Source: a virus
IMG/VR virus record: IMGVR_UViG_3300031722_000008
Coordinates: 1 to 64,000 of that record
DNA: 64,000 nucleotides
Reading direction: 5' to 3' (one strand)
Made by a program: the position numbers and the translations under genes. Shown piece after piece: positions 10,386 through 21,300 of this stretch; within the stretch, counting starts at the first letter, position 1; each line of letters begins with the position of its first letter. The notes below the pieces were generated by a model. It had not been told where the DNA came from. It ran no database searches and worked only from the letters and a program-made list of their open reading frames with translations.

Positions 10386-10589
10386 ATGTTTGAATTCATT
10401 AAGAAAATATTTAAGAAAGTAACACCTGAAATAAAATGTAGCACATGCAAAAAATGTAAGAGAATTAAGGAAGGTTGGTATTGTTCGATTCATTATAGTA
10501 CTCGCAAAAAAGGCTATAATTACTATTCATCAATATGTGGCAAGCAACGAATAAAAACTAAACCTAGATGGTGTCCATTAATTAAGTAG
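10386..10589 (+). CDS. Small Cys-rich protein
   Basis: CSTCKKC...C...C...PRWCPL; RBS. Confidence 0.7.
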   Translation: MFEFIKKIFKKVTPEIKCSTCKKCKRIKEGWYCSIHYSTRKKGYNYYSSICGKQRIKTKPRWCPLIK

Positions 10590-10835
10590 TTGGGAGGAAT
10601 AGCTATGCTCAATAGAATAGGTAAATTTATTTATGAAAAAATAGTCAGGAAAGTATTTAAGTATGAACCACTCCCAAACATAAAATTGGAGAGTTCATTA
10701 GAATTTCAAGGACATATACTCATGATAGAATCTATTTCCATGCATACTGAACTTGGCCAAGGTACAGAAGTTAGTTTCAAATGTAGGGATGATATTCTAT
10801 TACGATTAAAAAGGAGGATTGACATTGAAAATTAA
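10590..10835 (+). CDS. Hypothetical protein
   Basis: ORF in operon; GGAGG RBS before an internal ATG. Confidence 0.6.
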   Translation: MGGIAMLNRIGKFIYEKIVRKVFKYEPLPNIKLESSLEFQGHILMIESISMHTELGQGTEVSFKCRDDILLRLKRRIDIEN

Positions 10836-11055
10836 AATTGGAGACCAAATACATGATAGTAAAGATGAGCCTATAATGGTAATCTTGTCTGATAAAGATA
10901 AAGAAAATATCAGTAATATGTTAACGGAATGTCACAAATATGCTTGTTTTCCTGATACCATAAATAAAGAAGAAGCAGTGGAATTTATGGATACAGAGAA
11001 CCCTAAGAAGATGCGTATCATTCAAGTACCTCACGATGCTAAGAAAGGAGAGTGA
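10819..11055 (+). CDS. Hypothetical protein
   Basis: AGGAGG RBS; operon packing. Confidence 0.6.
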   Translation: MTLKIKIGDQIHDSKDEPIMVILSDKDKENISNMLTECHKYACFPDTINKEEAVEFMDTENPKKMRIIQVPHDAKKGE

Positions 11056-11320
11056 GCTTGATATGGCAGAAGCACTCATCGTTGTTATGATAAGAGTAAT
11101 ATCTAGAGTTGATGGATATTGCGTATTCTGGATGCTGATAGCATTATCTATTGGAGTGAAGTGTGGAGAAAGTTATTATAAGATGTTTCTAGAATCAAAA
11201 TATAAAGATAAAGGTACAATTTATATAAACAAAAAGTCATACAGAATAATAAGTGAAAGCGAGGCTATCGAAAATGATTTACTCAACTTATCTATCAAAT
11301 CTGAAAAAGATACCAAGTGA
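11036..11320 (+). CDS. Hypothetical membrane protein
   Basis: Hydrophobic N-terminal half; RBS before MAEAL. Confidence 0.6.
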   Translation: MLRKESELDMAEALIVVMIRVISRVDGYCVFWMLIALSIGVKCGESYYKMFLESKYKDKGTIYINKKSYRIISESEAIENDLLNLSIKSEKDTK

Positions 11321-11699
11321 TGCAGTAAAAATATTTATTGCAAGGCAAGCGAAGCCAGTAGTAGTGGAATCGCTTAAGAAATATGATTGTTTATGGGCAA
11401 AACGTTTTGCTCCAACAGATGAATTAAGAGATGAATTTAAAAATAAGGAAATAGAATGGAAAGAATTCGTTGAAAAATATCTAGTAGAACAAGCATATGA
11501 CATAATGAAAGTAAGTATTCTAAGATTAGGATTAATGAAAATAATCGAAGATGCTCATAAAGAAGGAAAAGATATTTATTTCATATGCTATGAAAAAGAT
11601 CCATTAGAATGTCACAGAACTCCTTGGTGTAATTTTATTTCTGTATATTTAAAAACAGAATACAAGGAGGCTGATTTCAGTGAAAGCAAGGATAGCTGA
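11253..11699 (+). CDS. DUF488-family protein
   Basis: APTDEL...W..F..KY and ICYEKDPLECHR signature. Confidence 0.75.
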   Translation: MKARLSKMIYSTYLSNLKKIPSDAVKIFIARQAKPVVVESLKKYDCLWAKRFAPTDELRDEFKNKEIEWKEFVEKYLVEQAYDIMKVSILRLGLMKIIEDAHKEGKDIYFICYEKDPLECHRTPWCNFISVYLKTEYKEADFSESKDS

Positions 11700-12174
11700 G
11701 GAAATAATTCATGAATCTTTAGTGAATGGAGAAGGAATCAGAGCTACAGTATTTTTTGCTGGTTGTGATAAAGACTGTAAGGGGTGTCATAACAAGGAAC
11801 TTCAAAATTTCAAAGCAGGTATTTCAAGAGAAGTTGATGCTATTGTTACTGAAATCCTAGAAAGTAAACCAATGATAGATGGTGTTACTTTGAGTGGTGG
11901 AGACCCAATGTGTCAGCAACATGCAGCATTAGGATTATGTAGAAGATTAAAAGATCATGGGATTAATATATGGCTTTATACTGGAAGAACTTATAATGAA
12001 CTGATAGGCAACAGTATCTTATCTAATGTCGATGTCCTTGTTGATGGCAAATTCGAAGAAGATTTAATGAGTGAAAAGATAAAATATAGAGGTTCTTCTA
12101 ATCAAAATATAATGTATTTAAAAGAAGGTATACCATATAGGATAATTTCGGGGGAGGAAAATGGATATGAATAG
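11680..12174 (+). CDS. nrdG: Anaerobic RNR activating radical-SAM protein
   Basis: SLVNGEGIR..VFFAGCxxxCxGCHN, GVTLSGGDP, DVLVDG, RGSSNQ. Confidence 0.95.
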   Translation: MKARIAEEIIHESLVNGEGIRATVFFAGCDKDCKGCHNKELQNFKAGISREVDAIVTEILESKPMIDGVTLSGGDPMCQQHAALGLCRRLKDHGINIWLYTGRTYNELIGNSILSNVDVLVDGKFEEDLMSEKIKYRGSSNQNIMYLKEGIPYRIISGEENGYE

Positions 12175-12955
12175 ATTTCTTCTTGATATAAATCAAGAGC
12201 AATTAATAGAACTAGGAATGTTAATTGATGAGAATATTAAAAAGATTGAAAATAGTTCAGATAAGAAACTTCACATACTTCAGGGAATAGAGTATGCATT
12301 AGTAAGTGCAAAAGTGGTTCCTGAAGAAAGTCTAGCTGAAAGATATTTCAATGAAAGAGAAGTAAAAATGCCAAATAATACTTTAGGGAAAGCAGTCAAC
12401 GATGATAATAAGGTCAAATTAAGTATTGCTCCTCCGGAAACTTTCGAAGGTAAATTTAGTTTTGAATCAGGATATGAAGGTTTATTATCTAGCGAAACCC
12501 ATTACCATGAATTTACTTACGGCAAGTCGGGACAACTCGGAATATTTATCAGATCAAATGTCTCAGCAGTATCTAAGAGCTTATATATATGCAAAGGTGA
12601 TTTAGATGAATTGCATAATATATTTAATTTATTCGAAGAAGATTTGTTTATTTGTAAGCCTAGATTTGATAGATTAGATGAATATGATACCACTACAGAA
12701 CAAAATTTTTCTCCAGAACCCGGAATAATAGCTTACAATATGAATATAGCATCCATAAAAACAGGAGGCAGTTATAAAATCAGGATTGTATCAAGAATCA
12801 AAAATGAAGAAGATCTTAATCTTGAATTTATTTCATTTGAAGTATTCAAGTATAAAGATAATAATTTTGATAGCGAAATGAAATTCAATTACTTTGAGTT
12901 TCAAACATTCAAAAACTTTATTAAATTTTGGCAAGAACATGATTTAGAATTATAA
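12161..12955 (+). CDS. Hypothetical protein
   Basis: 264-aa ORF with RBS. Confidence 0.7.
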   Translation: MDMNRFLLDINQEQLIELGMLIDENIKKIENSSDKKLHILQGIEYALVSAKVVPEESLAERYFNEREVKMPNNTLGKAVNDDNKVKLSIAPPETFEGKFSFESGYEGLLSSETHYHEFTYGKSGQLGIFIRSNVSAVSKSLYICKGDLDELHNIFNLFEEDLFICKPRFDRLDEYDTTTEQNFSPEPGIIAYNMNIASIKTGGSYKIRIVSRIKNEEDLNLEFISFEVFKYKDNNFDSEMKFNYFEFQTFKNFIKFWQEHDLEL

Positions 12956-12970
12956 TAGGGGGAAATTAAA

Positions 12971-13981
12971 ATGGCAAACATAATCGATGGTGGAAAAGGA
13001 ATCAATGTAAAATTAATTGGTTCAATGGAAAGAGAAAGCTTTGTAGATATTGCTGCAACGATAACTAGGTCAGAAAAAAGTCTAGATGAGATTGTAAGTA
13101 TGGACTATAATGAGGACTTGGTTAAAAAGGTAGTTAGTATGAGCCACTTAGCTACAACAGAATTTGACTACTTTGTTTTTGCAGTTGAGGGTGCAAGCAG
13201 AGTGTGTGAAACTCAATTAGTAAGAAAAAGAATAGGTGCAGCATACATGATTAAAACTGGTAGGATTGAAAAGGGTGGAAAAAGAAGTTTCGATGTAATT
13301 AAACCACCCTCACTAGATGGACTATATGTATCAGTTAAATTAAATCCTTCCAAAATACTTATAAATGATCATGAAAATTTAGGAAGAATGATAGGTTTTG
13401 ATGCACTTACTGAAATAGACCTAACGTACGGAGATGTTATGGATATATTGGAACAATTCTATAATGGTGGTGTCGATAAAGGATATCCAGAAGAAGATAT
13501 GAGGTTCGCAAAGCCACAGGGTACAGAATTTAAATGTCTTATCGCTATGACTGGACATGCCCTACTAGATTGGTTTAAAATCAGATGTTGTAATAATGCT
13601 CAATGGGAGATTAAAATTTTAGCTGATAAAAAATTGGCTCTATGTAAATCTCACTCACCAGCATTATTTTCAAATGCAGGAGCGTCATGTAAAGTCCTTG
13701 GTTATTGTCCAGAGAATGGCAGACAATGCGAGCAATGCAAAGGCAAGATAATGACTCACGAAGAAGTTAAAGTTCTTATAAAGGAGCATATGAAACCTAA
13801 ATTCGAATTAAACAGTGAATGTTTTTTAGAATATACATGTCCTGGCGATGAGCATAAACTAATCTTAACTGGTCAAGATGGACCAACTATATATGCTAGG
13901 TGTCCTGAATGTAATAAGTGGTGGGCCATTGATGATAGAGATGGTAGTATCATTTTACATAAAGATAGATACACATTCTAA
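12971..13981 (+). CDS. thyX: FAD-dependent thymidylate synthase-like protein with a non-canonical motif
   Basis: H....EF..F.F.VEG.SR....QLVR, EDMRF..P, R.C.NAQWEI; the RHRx7S motif reads RKRIGAAYMIKTGR. Confidence 0.8.
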   Translation: MANIIDGGKGINVKLIGSMERESFVDIAATITRSEKSLDEIVSMDYNEDLVKKVVSMSHLATTEFDYFVFAVEGASRVCETQLVRKRIGAAYMIKTGRIEKGGKRSFDVIKPPSLDGLYVSVKLNPSKILINDHENLGRMIGFDALTEIDLTYGDVMDILEQFYNGGVDKGYPEEDMRFAKPQGTEFKCLIAMTGHALLDWFKIRCCNNAQWEIKILADKKLALCKSHSPALFSNAGASCKVLGYCPENGRQCEQCKGKIMTHEEVKVLIKEHMKPKFELNSECFLEYTCPGDEHKLILTGQDGPTIYARCPECNKWWAIDDRDGSIILHKDRYTF

Positions 13982-14108
13982 AATAGAGAGGAGATTTTTA
14001 CTAAATAAAAATCTCCTCTCTATCGATATATTAATTTTAGGGGGAATAAACTATGCTCAATTAAATTATAAATCTTCCAAAATTTAAAAGCAAATGAGAG
14101 GTACTTAA

Positions 14109-14810
14109 ATGAAAGATAAATTTACTGTCTTAGTTTTTGACTTATCTAGTGTTTGTGTAGGAGTTATAGCTTCCATTATTGATACAAATACTGGAGACCC
14201 AATACTAGTTAAGAGCTGTCCCATAATACCCAAAAGTTTTAATCCCGAAGAATTAGGATATAAAAAAACTAAGAAAAAATTACTAACCGGAAAAAATGGA
14301 GAGTCTATAAATTCATACTATAGACTTGGAGAAGAGTCTATAAGTAAGGTAGAGAAGAAGAAGAGAGATACTCAAGTAAGAAACAAGAAGAACTCTTTTG
14401 TGCTTAAATATATAGGAGAACAAATTACAAAAATAGTAACAGCCATACAGCCTGATTTAATTGTTGTAGAAAAGAATGAGATATTCAACGGAGTATTAAC
14501 GTCAGTACTTCTCGGAAAAGTAATGGGAGTACTCATTGGTGTTGCGAGTTCAAAGAGTATTGATGTTATTGAATATCCAGTTAAAGAAGTAAGAGGACCT
14601 ATCGACTTAGTAAAAGTCACTCATGATTTAGTAGATAATTTAACTGAAAAAGAAATACTTAAAATACCCGATATAACAAAAAGAGCACTCCGAAAATATA
14701 TGGAAAAGAAATACGGAAAGTATGGATTAGAGTGTAACACCGATGATGAAAGCGATGCGTGCGTGGTATTCAATTACTGGTTAGAGGAAAAGTTCAAAAG
14801 GAGTAGATAG
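14109..14810 (+). CDS. RuvC-like Holliday junction resolvase
   Basis: VFDLSS, VVEK, DDESDA acidic residues of the RNase H fold. Confidence 0.75.
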   Translation: MKDKFTVLVFDLSSVCVGVIASIIDTNTGDPILVKSCPIIPKSFNPEELGYKKTKKKLLTGKNGESINSYYRLGEESISKVEKKKRDTQVRNKKNSFVLKYIGEQITKIVTAIQPDLIVVEKNEIFNGVLTSVLLGKVMGVLIGVASSKSIDVIEYPVKEVRGPIDLVKVTHDLVDNLTEKEILKIPDITKRALRKYMEKKYGKYGLECNTDDESDACVVFNYWLEEKFKRSR

Positions 14811-14944
14811 AGAAAAATGAACCAAGGATATAATATTTGCTCAAAATGTCCACGAAAGCATGAGTGCAGAGTTGTATATACTTCATGTGAATATTTTTGG
14901 AGCGAGTATAACAAAAAGAAATAAAATATAGGGGGACGAGATAT

Positions 14945-15184
14945 ATGCCAAAAAATGTAAGAAACTTTTGGGTAGATGGAGAAATCGATGGATATACAAA
15001 TAATTTAACTGGTGGACCAAGAAACAAAGAGGGTGGTATTGATATAACCATCAAGCAAAGAGATAATGGTGCAGTAACAACAGCACTAAAAATTGAGGGG
15101 TTCGCTAATGACAAAGGAGAACTGTCATTAAGAGTAAAAGATAAAGATGATAATTTAGTTTTTGAAAATGATACAAAGAGATAG
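14945..15184 (+). CDS. Hypothetical protein
   Basis: RBS GGGGG; 79 aa. Confidence 0.7.
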   Translation: MPKNVRNFWVDGEIDGYTNNLTGGPRNKEGGIDITIKQRDNGAVTTALKIEGFANDKGELSLRVKDKDDNLVFENDTKR

Positions 15185-15195
15185 GGGGAAGTAAG

Positions 15196-15648
15196 ATGGA
15201 TAAGAATTTTATTGATTTAATTTATTTTGAACAAACTCCTAATTATATGAAAAATGAAATAAAAAAATTATGGAATCCACAAGTAGGAGATTTGTTTTGC
15301 ACAAACAAAGATAATTTGCATGTAGTTCTTTCATATACAAATAAATTCATATTAACATGGTGTGGTGACAATATAAGAAAAGATAATTGTATGCCATTAT
15401 TAAATGAGACACAGTTAATAAGCTTTATCCGAAATAAATTTCATGCAGTTGCTGATGTAACTTATGTAGATAGAGACTCATCCACTGGATTGTTCGAAAT
15501 TGGCTTTGATTTATTCGAAATTAATTCAAGAGATGGAATATCAACAATGATAGTAAGTCATACATTTAAGGTTGAAAATACTCTTATGGGCTATTGGTTA
15601 TTAATACAGAAGATGCTGGAGGAGGAAGATAGATGTCAAGAAAAATAA
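15196..15648 (+). CDS. Hypothetical protein
   Basis: ORF with RBS. Confidence 0.7.
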   Translation: MDKNFIDLIYFEQTPNYMKNEIKKLWNPQVGDLFCTNKDNLHVVLSYTNKFILTWCGDNIRKDNCMPLLNETQLISFIRNKFHAVADVTYVDRDSSTGLFEIGFDLFEINSRDGISTMIVSHTFKVENTLMGYWLLIQKMLEEEDRCQEK

Positions 15649-17720
15649 TATTAGATGATATATTTAATAATGATGGAGCCATAAGTGACTTAAGAGATGG
15701 CTATAAAGAAAGACCGTCACAGATAGAGGCTGCTCATAGAATAAAGGATTGTTTGGACAATAATAAGATTGGAGTTATTGAGGGTGAAACAGGAATGGGT
15801 AAATCATATGCTTATCTGTTCCCTGTACTATTAGATATAATTGAAAGTGGATTTACGCACAGAGCTGTCATTGCAACATCGGGAATATCACTCCAAGAGC
15901 AATTAAATACTAAGGACGTTCCTTTTGCGATTGAAGTAATGAAATCTTTATATCCAAATATAACCGATGAGTTACAGTATACCTTATTAAAGGGTAGACA
16001 AAACTTTATATGTAATGAAAAGGTAGCAGATTTAGGATTATACGAAACAACAAAAAATATGATTGATAGTTCATTTGAGAAGATTTATGATTTCGTAAAT
16101 AATACAAAAACAGGAGATTTATCGGAACTTAATTTCATTCCTGAACAAGACATATTAGAAAAAATATGCTGTACAAAGAAAGGTGAATGTACAGGGAAGA
16201 ATTGTAAGTATCAACAAGAATGTTTCTATGGGAAACATAAGATAAAATTAAATTCATCAAAAATAATAATAACCAACTATCATATGTTATTTGCTGATAA
16301 TAAAATAGGAGGAAAGATACTACCAGTTTACGACATATTAGTATTTGATGAAGCTCATGAAGCAGCTAATATATTCAGGGATTTTGATGCACTAAAATTA
16401 TCTTATAATACAGTGTCTATGCTTAGAAATAAGAGCAGTGAATTAAATCACATATGCGCAAATTATAAGGATTCATTAGATCCTGAAATGTTTAACTCTG
16501 TTCTCAAGGAATTTGAAATTGCATTTTTTGATATAGAAGGAAAATTTACTGATTTAAGTTCTCCAACTATTATCAATAATAAAGATGAACTACCAAAATC
16601 TTTTTATGAACTAAAAACTCCGATGACAAATATAGATAACTGTATCGCTGACGCATTATCTAATTGCGAACAGAATCTAGCTGCATTCGGAGATAGCTAT
16701 GATGATGAAGAAAGTAAGGAAGTAACGAAAGTATATCAAATTCTGCAAACCATGTCCGATTCATCATCTGACATATTATACTTTATTACATCTATAGAAA
16801 ATATTCTAAAAGATGATAATAAAGTAATTTGGCTGGAAAAGATAAATGAAACAGTAAGCTTGAATTGTAAGAAAGTTGAGGTCGGAGGTTCATTAGCTGA
16901 AGCTTTCTTTGCTAGCGAAACTGTCACTTCTATATTTACATCAGCTACAATGAGTGTCGGTGGTTCCTTTGAATATATAAAAGAACAACTTGGATTAAAT
17001 CTATCAAAAAAAGATGTAGTTGAATTTATAGGTTCATCTCCATTTAATCTTGAAGAACAGCAATTATGGTATTTACCGGAAGGAGCCATAGAGGGAAATA
17101 AATTTGGATTTGATAAAACTATAGCTGGAAATATTCACTCTATAGTAAAAGCTACTGGTGGTGGAGCATTGTGCCTATTTACATCTGTGAAAAATATGAG
17201 AAATACTTTCTATGAACTGCAATATCAATTGCCATATACAATATATGTTCAAGGAGATATGCCAAGAACTAAGCTTGTGGAAAAATTCAAGGAAGATAAA
17301 AACTCTGTATTATTTGGTACACGCTCATTCTTTACTGGTGTTGATGTTCCTGGAGATGCACTTAGATGTGTAATTATAGATAAGTTTCCATTCCCTCAAC
17401 CAACAGATCCAATACAACAAAAACTAAAAGATAGAGCTAATTCATTTTATAAGTATTCAATTCCCGATATGGTAATAACACTTAAGCAAGCCATAGGTAG
17501 AGGAGTAAGAAGTGTAACTGACAAATGTGTAATTGTTATTTTAGATGGAAGAATGTCTACAGCTAAATATAAAGGAAGAATAAATTCTAGCTTTGGATAT
17601 AAGAAAACAGGGACTAGGGATTTAGAGAAAGTAAAAGAATATTGCAAGGATTTTATTGAAGAATCTAAACCTCTTGAATATCCTGAAAACGGAGAGGGCG
17701 ACGAGGATATGCCTTTTTAA
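15633..17720 (+). CDS. dinG: DinG/YoaA-family ATP-dependent helicase (Fe-S type)
   Basis: EGETGMGKS, KGRQNFIC, Cys cluster, DEAH, TSAT, LFTS, GVDVPG, KQAIGRGVRS. Confidence 0.93.
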   Translation: MSRKIILDDIFNNDGAISDLRDGYKERPSQIEAAHRIKDCLDNNKIGVIEGETGMGKSYAYLFPVLLDIIESGFTHRAVIATSGISLQEQLNTKDVPFAIEVMKSLYPNITDELQYTLLKGRQNFICNEKVADLGLYETTKNMIDSSFEKIYDFVNNTKTGDLSELNFIPEQDILEKICCTKKGECTGKNCKYQQECFYGKHKIKLNSSKIIITNYHMLFADNKIGGKILPVYDILVFDEAHEAANIFRDFDALKLSYNTVSMLRNKSSELNHICANYKDSLDPEMFNSVLKEFEIAFFDIEGKFTDLSSPTIINNKDELPKSFYELKTPMTNIDNCIADALSNCEQNLAAFGDSYDDEESKEVTKVYQILQTMSDSSSDILYFITSIENILKDDNKVIWLEKINETVSLNCKKVEVGGSLAEAFFASETVTSIFTSATMSVGGSFEYIKEQLGLNLSKKDVVEFIGSSPFNLEEQQLWYLPEGAIEGNKFGFDKTIAGNIHSIVKATGGGALCLFTSVKNMRNTFYELQYQLPYTIYVQGDMPRTKLVEKFKEDKNSVLFGTRSFFTGVDVPGDALRCVIIDKFPFPQPTDPIQQKLKDRANSFYKYSIPDMVITLKQAIGRGVRSVTDKCVIVILDGRMSTAKYKGRINSSFGYKKTGTRDLEKVKEYCKDFIEESKPLEYPENGEGDEDMPF

Positions 17721-17734
17721 TTAAAAATAATCAA

Positions 17735-17770
17735 AAAAAGAAGAGTTGGCGAAAGCCAACTCTTTTTATT
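17735..17770. terminator. Bidirectional intrinsic terminator
   Basis: aagagttggc-gaaa-gccaactctt flanked by A and T runs between convergent genes. Confidence 0.85.
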
Positions 17771-17856
17771 TTAAACATAGTATTTACGCATTTCTCGGCC
17801 AAGAAATGTGGATTGTTAGGGCCCTAAAACAACCTAACTATGTTTGAAACCTATAA

Positions 17857-18276
17857 TTATTCTTTTACTAATTTTCCTAATACACCATGTTCTTTCACGA
17901 GTTCTTCATTACTAATTTCTTTAGCTCCCTCTATACTTATCTTTTCTGGGAACTTATTATAATCTTTCATGAGTTTCTTAGCTATACTGTTATCTCTTTT
18001 TTCTTTCAAGAAATTAAGTTTTTCAAGAAGAAAAATTTCTTGACCTTTAAGTATTGGTGTATTTGTTTTTGCCATTAATACCATTTGAGCAATCCCAGAA
18101 CCACCATCATCTTTGCCTGCTTCATCTGCATGACTAGATGCAAATTTTTCATAGAATTCTGCTTCGAGTTGAGTTGCAATTAATTCATCCCTAACTCTGT
18201 TTATATTTGCGTTTATTATCTTTTCTCTTGATGTTAGTTTAGGTGCTACATTTTTATTTTTTGTCAAAGTTATCAC
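17857..18276 (-). CDS. Hypothetical protein downstream of the RNAP gene
   Basis: 139-aa ORF. Confidence 0.65.
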   Translation of the reverse strand: MITLTKNKNVAPKLTSREKIINANINRVRDELIATQLEAEFYEKFASSHADEAGKDDGGSGIAQMVLMAKTNTPILKGQEIFLLEKLNFLKEKRDNSIAKKLMKDYNKFPEKISIEGAKEISNEELVKEHGVLGKLVKE

Positions 18277-18312
18277 TCCCTAAATTTTTATTTCTATAAA
18301 CAATATAACAAA

Positions 18313-18348
18313 TAAAAACAAGTTGGTCAATGACCAACTTGTTTTTTG
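18313..18348. terminator. Intrinsic terminator after the RNAP gene
   Basis: aaaacaagttggtc-aat-gaccaacttgtttt. Confidence 0.8.
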
Positions 18349-18353
18349 TGAAT

Positions 18354-21300
18354 CTATTTTAGGTATTTATTTACATCTATTTTGTTATTAAAGAAGTTAG
18401 ACATTTTATTTGTATATTTATCTTTAAATTCATCTTTTAGTTCTGCACCTGCCCCGATGTTCAACATCTTACCAGCCATAAGTCTTGCTCTTGGGTCTTG
18501 TAGATTATCTACTGCTCCCATTTCAGCACCAGAAGCTAATGTTCCCATAAGACCTCCGGAATTTCTACTTCCCATATCACCAAACCAATTTCCAGTAACA
18601 CTTGCTGGCATTTTACCTTGAAGTAAAACTTGATATTCTATTGGTTTATATAATACTTTCACTTTTTCAGTATATTTAGAAAGTAAGGCTACATTCTCTG
18701 ATGTTATTATTGAACCTTTTTTAGCGACCAATTTGCCTCCAATAATAATGTCAGTGGCTAATGTTCTTCCAAGTAATTGAGTTGCATCTACGGGAGAAAT
18801 ATCTACTGTTTTTGTTCCAGTACAATTTTCCTTATTCCATCTATCATAAAGATTTACATCACCTTTTTGTCCTTTCATGAATGATGAATCTCCTGAATCT
18901 GTAATTTGTGCAGTACCTGTTAATTTAGATACTATAGTTTCTGCATGTCTTCTATCCATATAAGCATTGGAAGCCTTGATAGCATATTGCATAGAGTTTG
19001 CTAAATAGTCCCTTGTGTAATTTACTGCTTCATGTTGACCATTAGCTTCTGCTCTCAATTTAAATAATTTGCTAGGATCAGCATTAGTAAGTACTAACGT
19101 TGTTTTGTTATTATCCATTGTAGCAACGATATCGCTGGAATCACCGACAGTTAAGAAATCTCCTTTCTCTACTACATCTCCACGTTTAACCTTTAATGCT
19201 GGAGGTGTTTGACCTAACACTTTTTTGATGACGTGTTTTCTTTTTCCGATCATTATAGTTATTTCATTTGGAGTTTCAGTTACACTATCTACTGTTCCGC
19301 TTTGTTCTGCTAATACAGCTTTATTTGAAGGCTTACTGCTAAGGTCTAGTATATTGTTAACTCTAGGTAATCCAAGAGTAGCAGCTGAATTTGCACCACC
19401 AGTATGGAAAGTATTCATTGTCATTTGAGTAACAGGTTCTCCTATAGCTTGAGAAGCTATAACTCCAACAGCAGTTCCTATCTTGACTGGTTGTATTGTT
19501 CCTGCCATCGCACCGTAGCAATGTTGGCATTTTCCATGTGGAGTTTTACATCTAAGTGGAGAACGTACTGGAACATATTCAATAGTATCATCTTTGAATA
19601 TTGCGTTATACATTTCACCAGTAATTATTTGGTTTCTTTTACAGATAACTCTTCCGGTTGAATCTTTTATGTCTTGACCTGCATATCTACCTTTGATTGT
19701 TTTATCATTCTTTGAAAGATTGATAAATTCCTTTGTTCCACAATCTTTTTCTGTTACAACTAAGTCTTGAGTTGTTGACCAGACATCTCTAGTTAATGCT
19801 CCTGGTGCTTCTGTTGAAACTGATCTGTCATACATACCTTTTCTTGAATCTCTGCCTAGTGTGTAATAATCTTGAGGACTTAATCCATCAAAATGGGAAT
19901 TTCTTATAGGGCTTAATGTTTTTAAACTAACGTCCATACCAACACCGATAGTTGAGAACATTTTTCTGATTTGTTGAGCATTAGCTCTAGCCCCAGAACT
20001 CATCATTACTTGTAATGGATTATCACTAGGAAGTAAACCACCTTTCAATTTACCTTCTATTTCATTTTCAACTTTTTTCCAAGATTCAGGATCTGTACTA
20101 TCTCCTTTTGCAGTAATTTTATTAATCTCAGATGTTACATTCTTATCGAAAGTAAAGTCTTTAACTCCAAGAGATAATCCTGTTCTTGTTGAAGCTTTAA
20201 ATCCTAAGTCTTTAACTGCATCAAATAAATTAGCTATTTCAACTTTTGACATTAATTTGAATCCTGTCAATTCTGATTCCTCATAAGTTTTTATAAGCAT
20301 TTTCATTACTTCATCCTTAGTCCAAACTTTTCTGAAATCTCTGTACTTCTTTATTCTTTCAGGAATTACCCAGTTAAATAAAGCTTGACCTGCAGTTGTT
20401 TCTTGCATACATATTGGAACTCTAACCTTACTATCATGGTTTACTCTGCCCATTAGATAATCTTTTCTAAGGTCTTTTTCATTAGCATAAGATTTCACTG
20501 TACCCTTTGGCTTATCCCAATGATTAGTTAATTGATATATTCCAAGAGCCATTTCATGTCTTATTTCTATAACCATTTTACCATCAGTAGGGTTAATTAA
20601 ATTGTGTGATGGCATAGCAAGTCTTCTAGCTTCTTCTTTAGCTTTTTCTGTTACAGGAACATGAGCTGCCATTGTATCTCCATCGAAGTCAGCATTGTAT
20701 CCAGTAACTACAAGTGGATTAAGTTGTAAACTTCTTACTACACCGCCATCTTCGTATTCTTTAATGACAGGCTTCATAGCTTGAATACTGTATTTATGAA
20801 GTGATGGCTGTCTATTTAAGAATAAAAGTCTATCACTTGCAATCTCTTGTATTATTTTCTTTACTTCTTGGTCAGGTTTATTTACTCTGCTTTCAGCTTC
20901 AATATCATTTTTGCATATACCCTTATCAACTAATCCTTTGATGATGAATGGCTTGTAGAGTTGTTTTGCCATATCTAAAGGAACTCCAACTTCGTCTAAT
21001 CTTAGATTAGGGTCAACAGTTATAACTGATCTTCCAGAGAAATCAACTCTCTTTGCAAGCATTTCTTTTCTAACTAATCCAGCTTTAGAACTTAATGTAT
21101 CTTTCATTGATGTTATTGTTTTGTCTCCATCTTTAGCATCGATGTGGCCTTGAAGCATCTTTAATGAATCGTACATAACTTTACTTCTTTGAGCTAAATC
21201 TTTTGGCGCTAATCCAGTACCATCAACATTTCCGTTGTTATCTAATACAGCCTCTCTCTCGGCTACCTGTTTAGCCGATAAAACTTTAGAGTATAATTTA

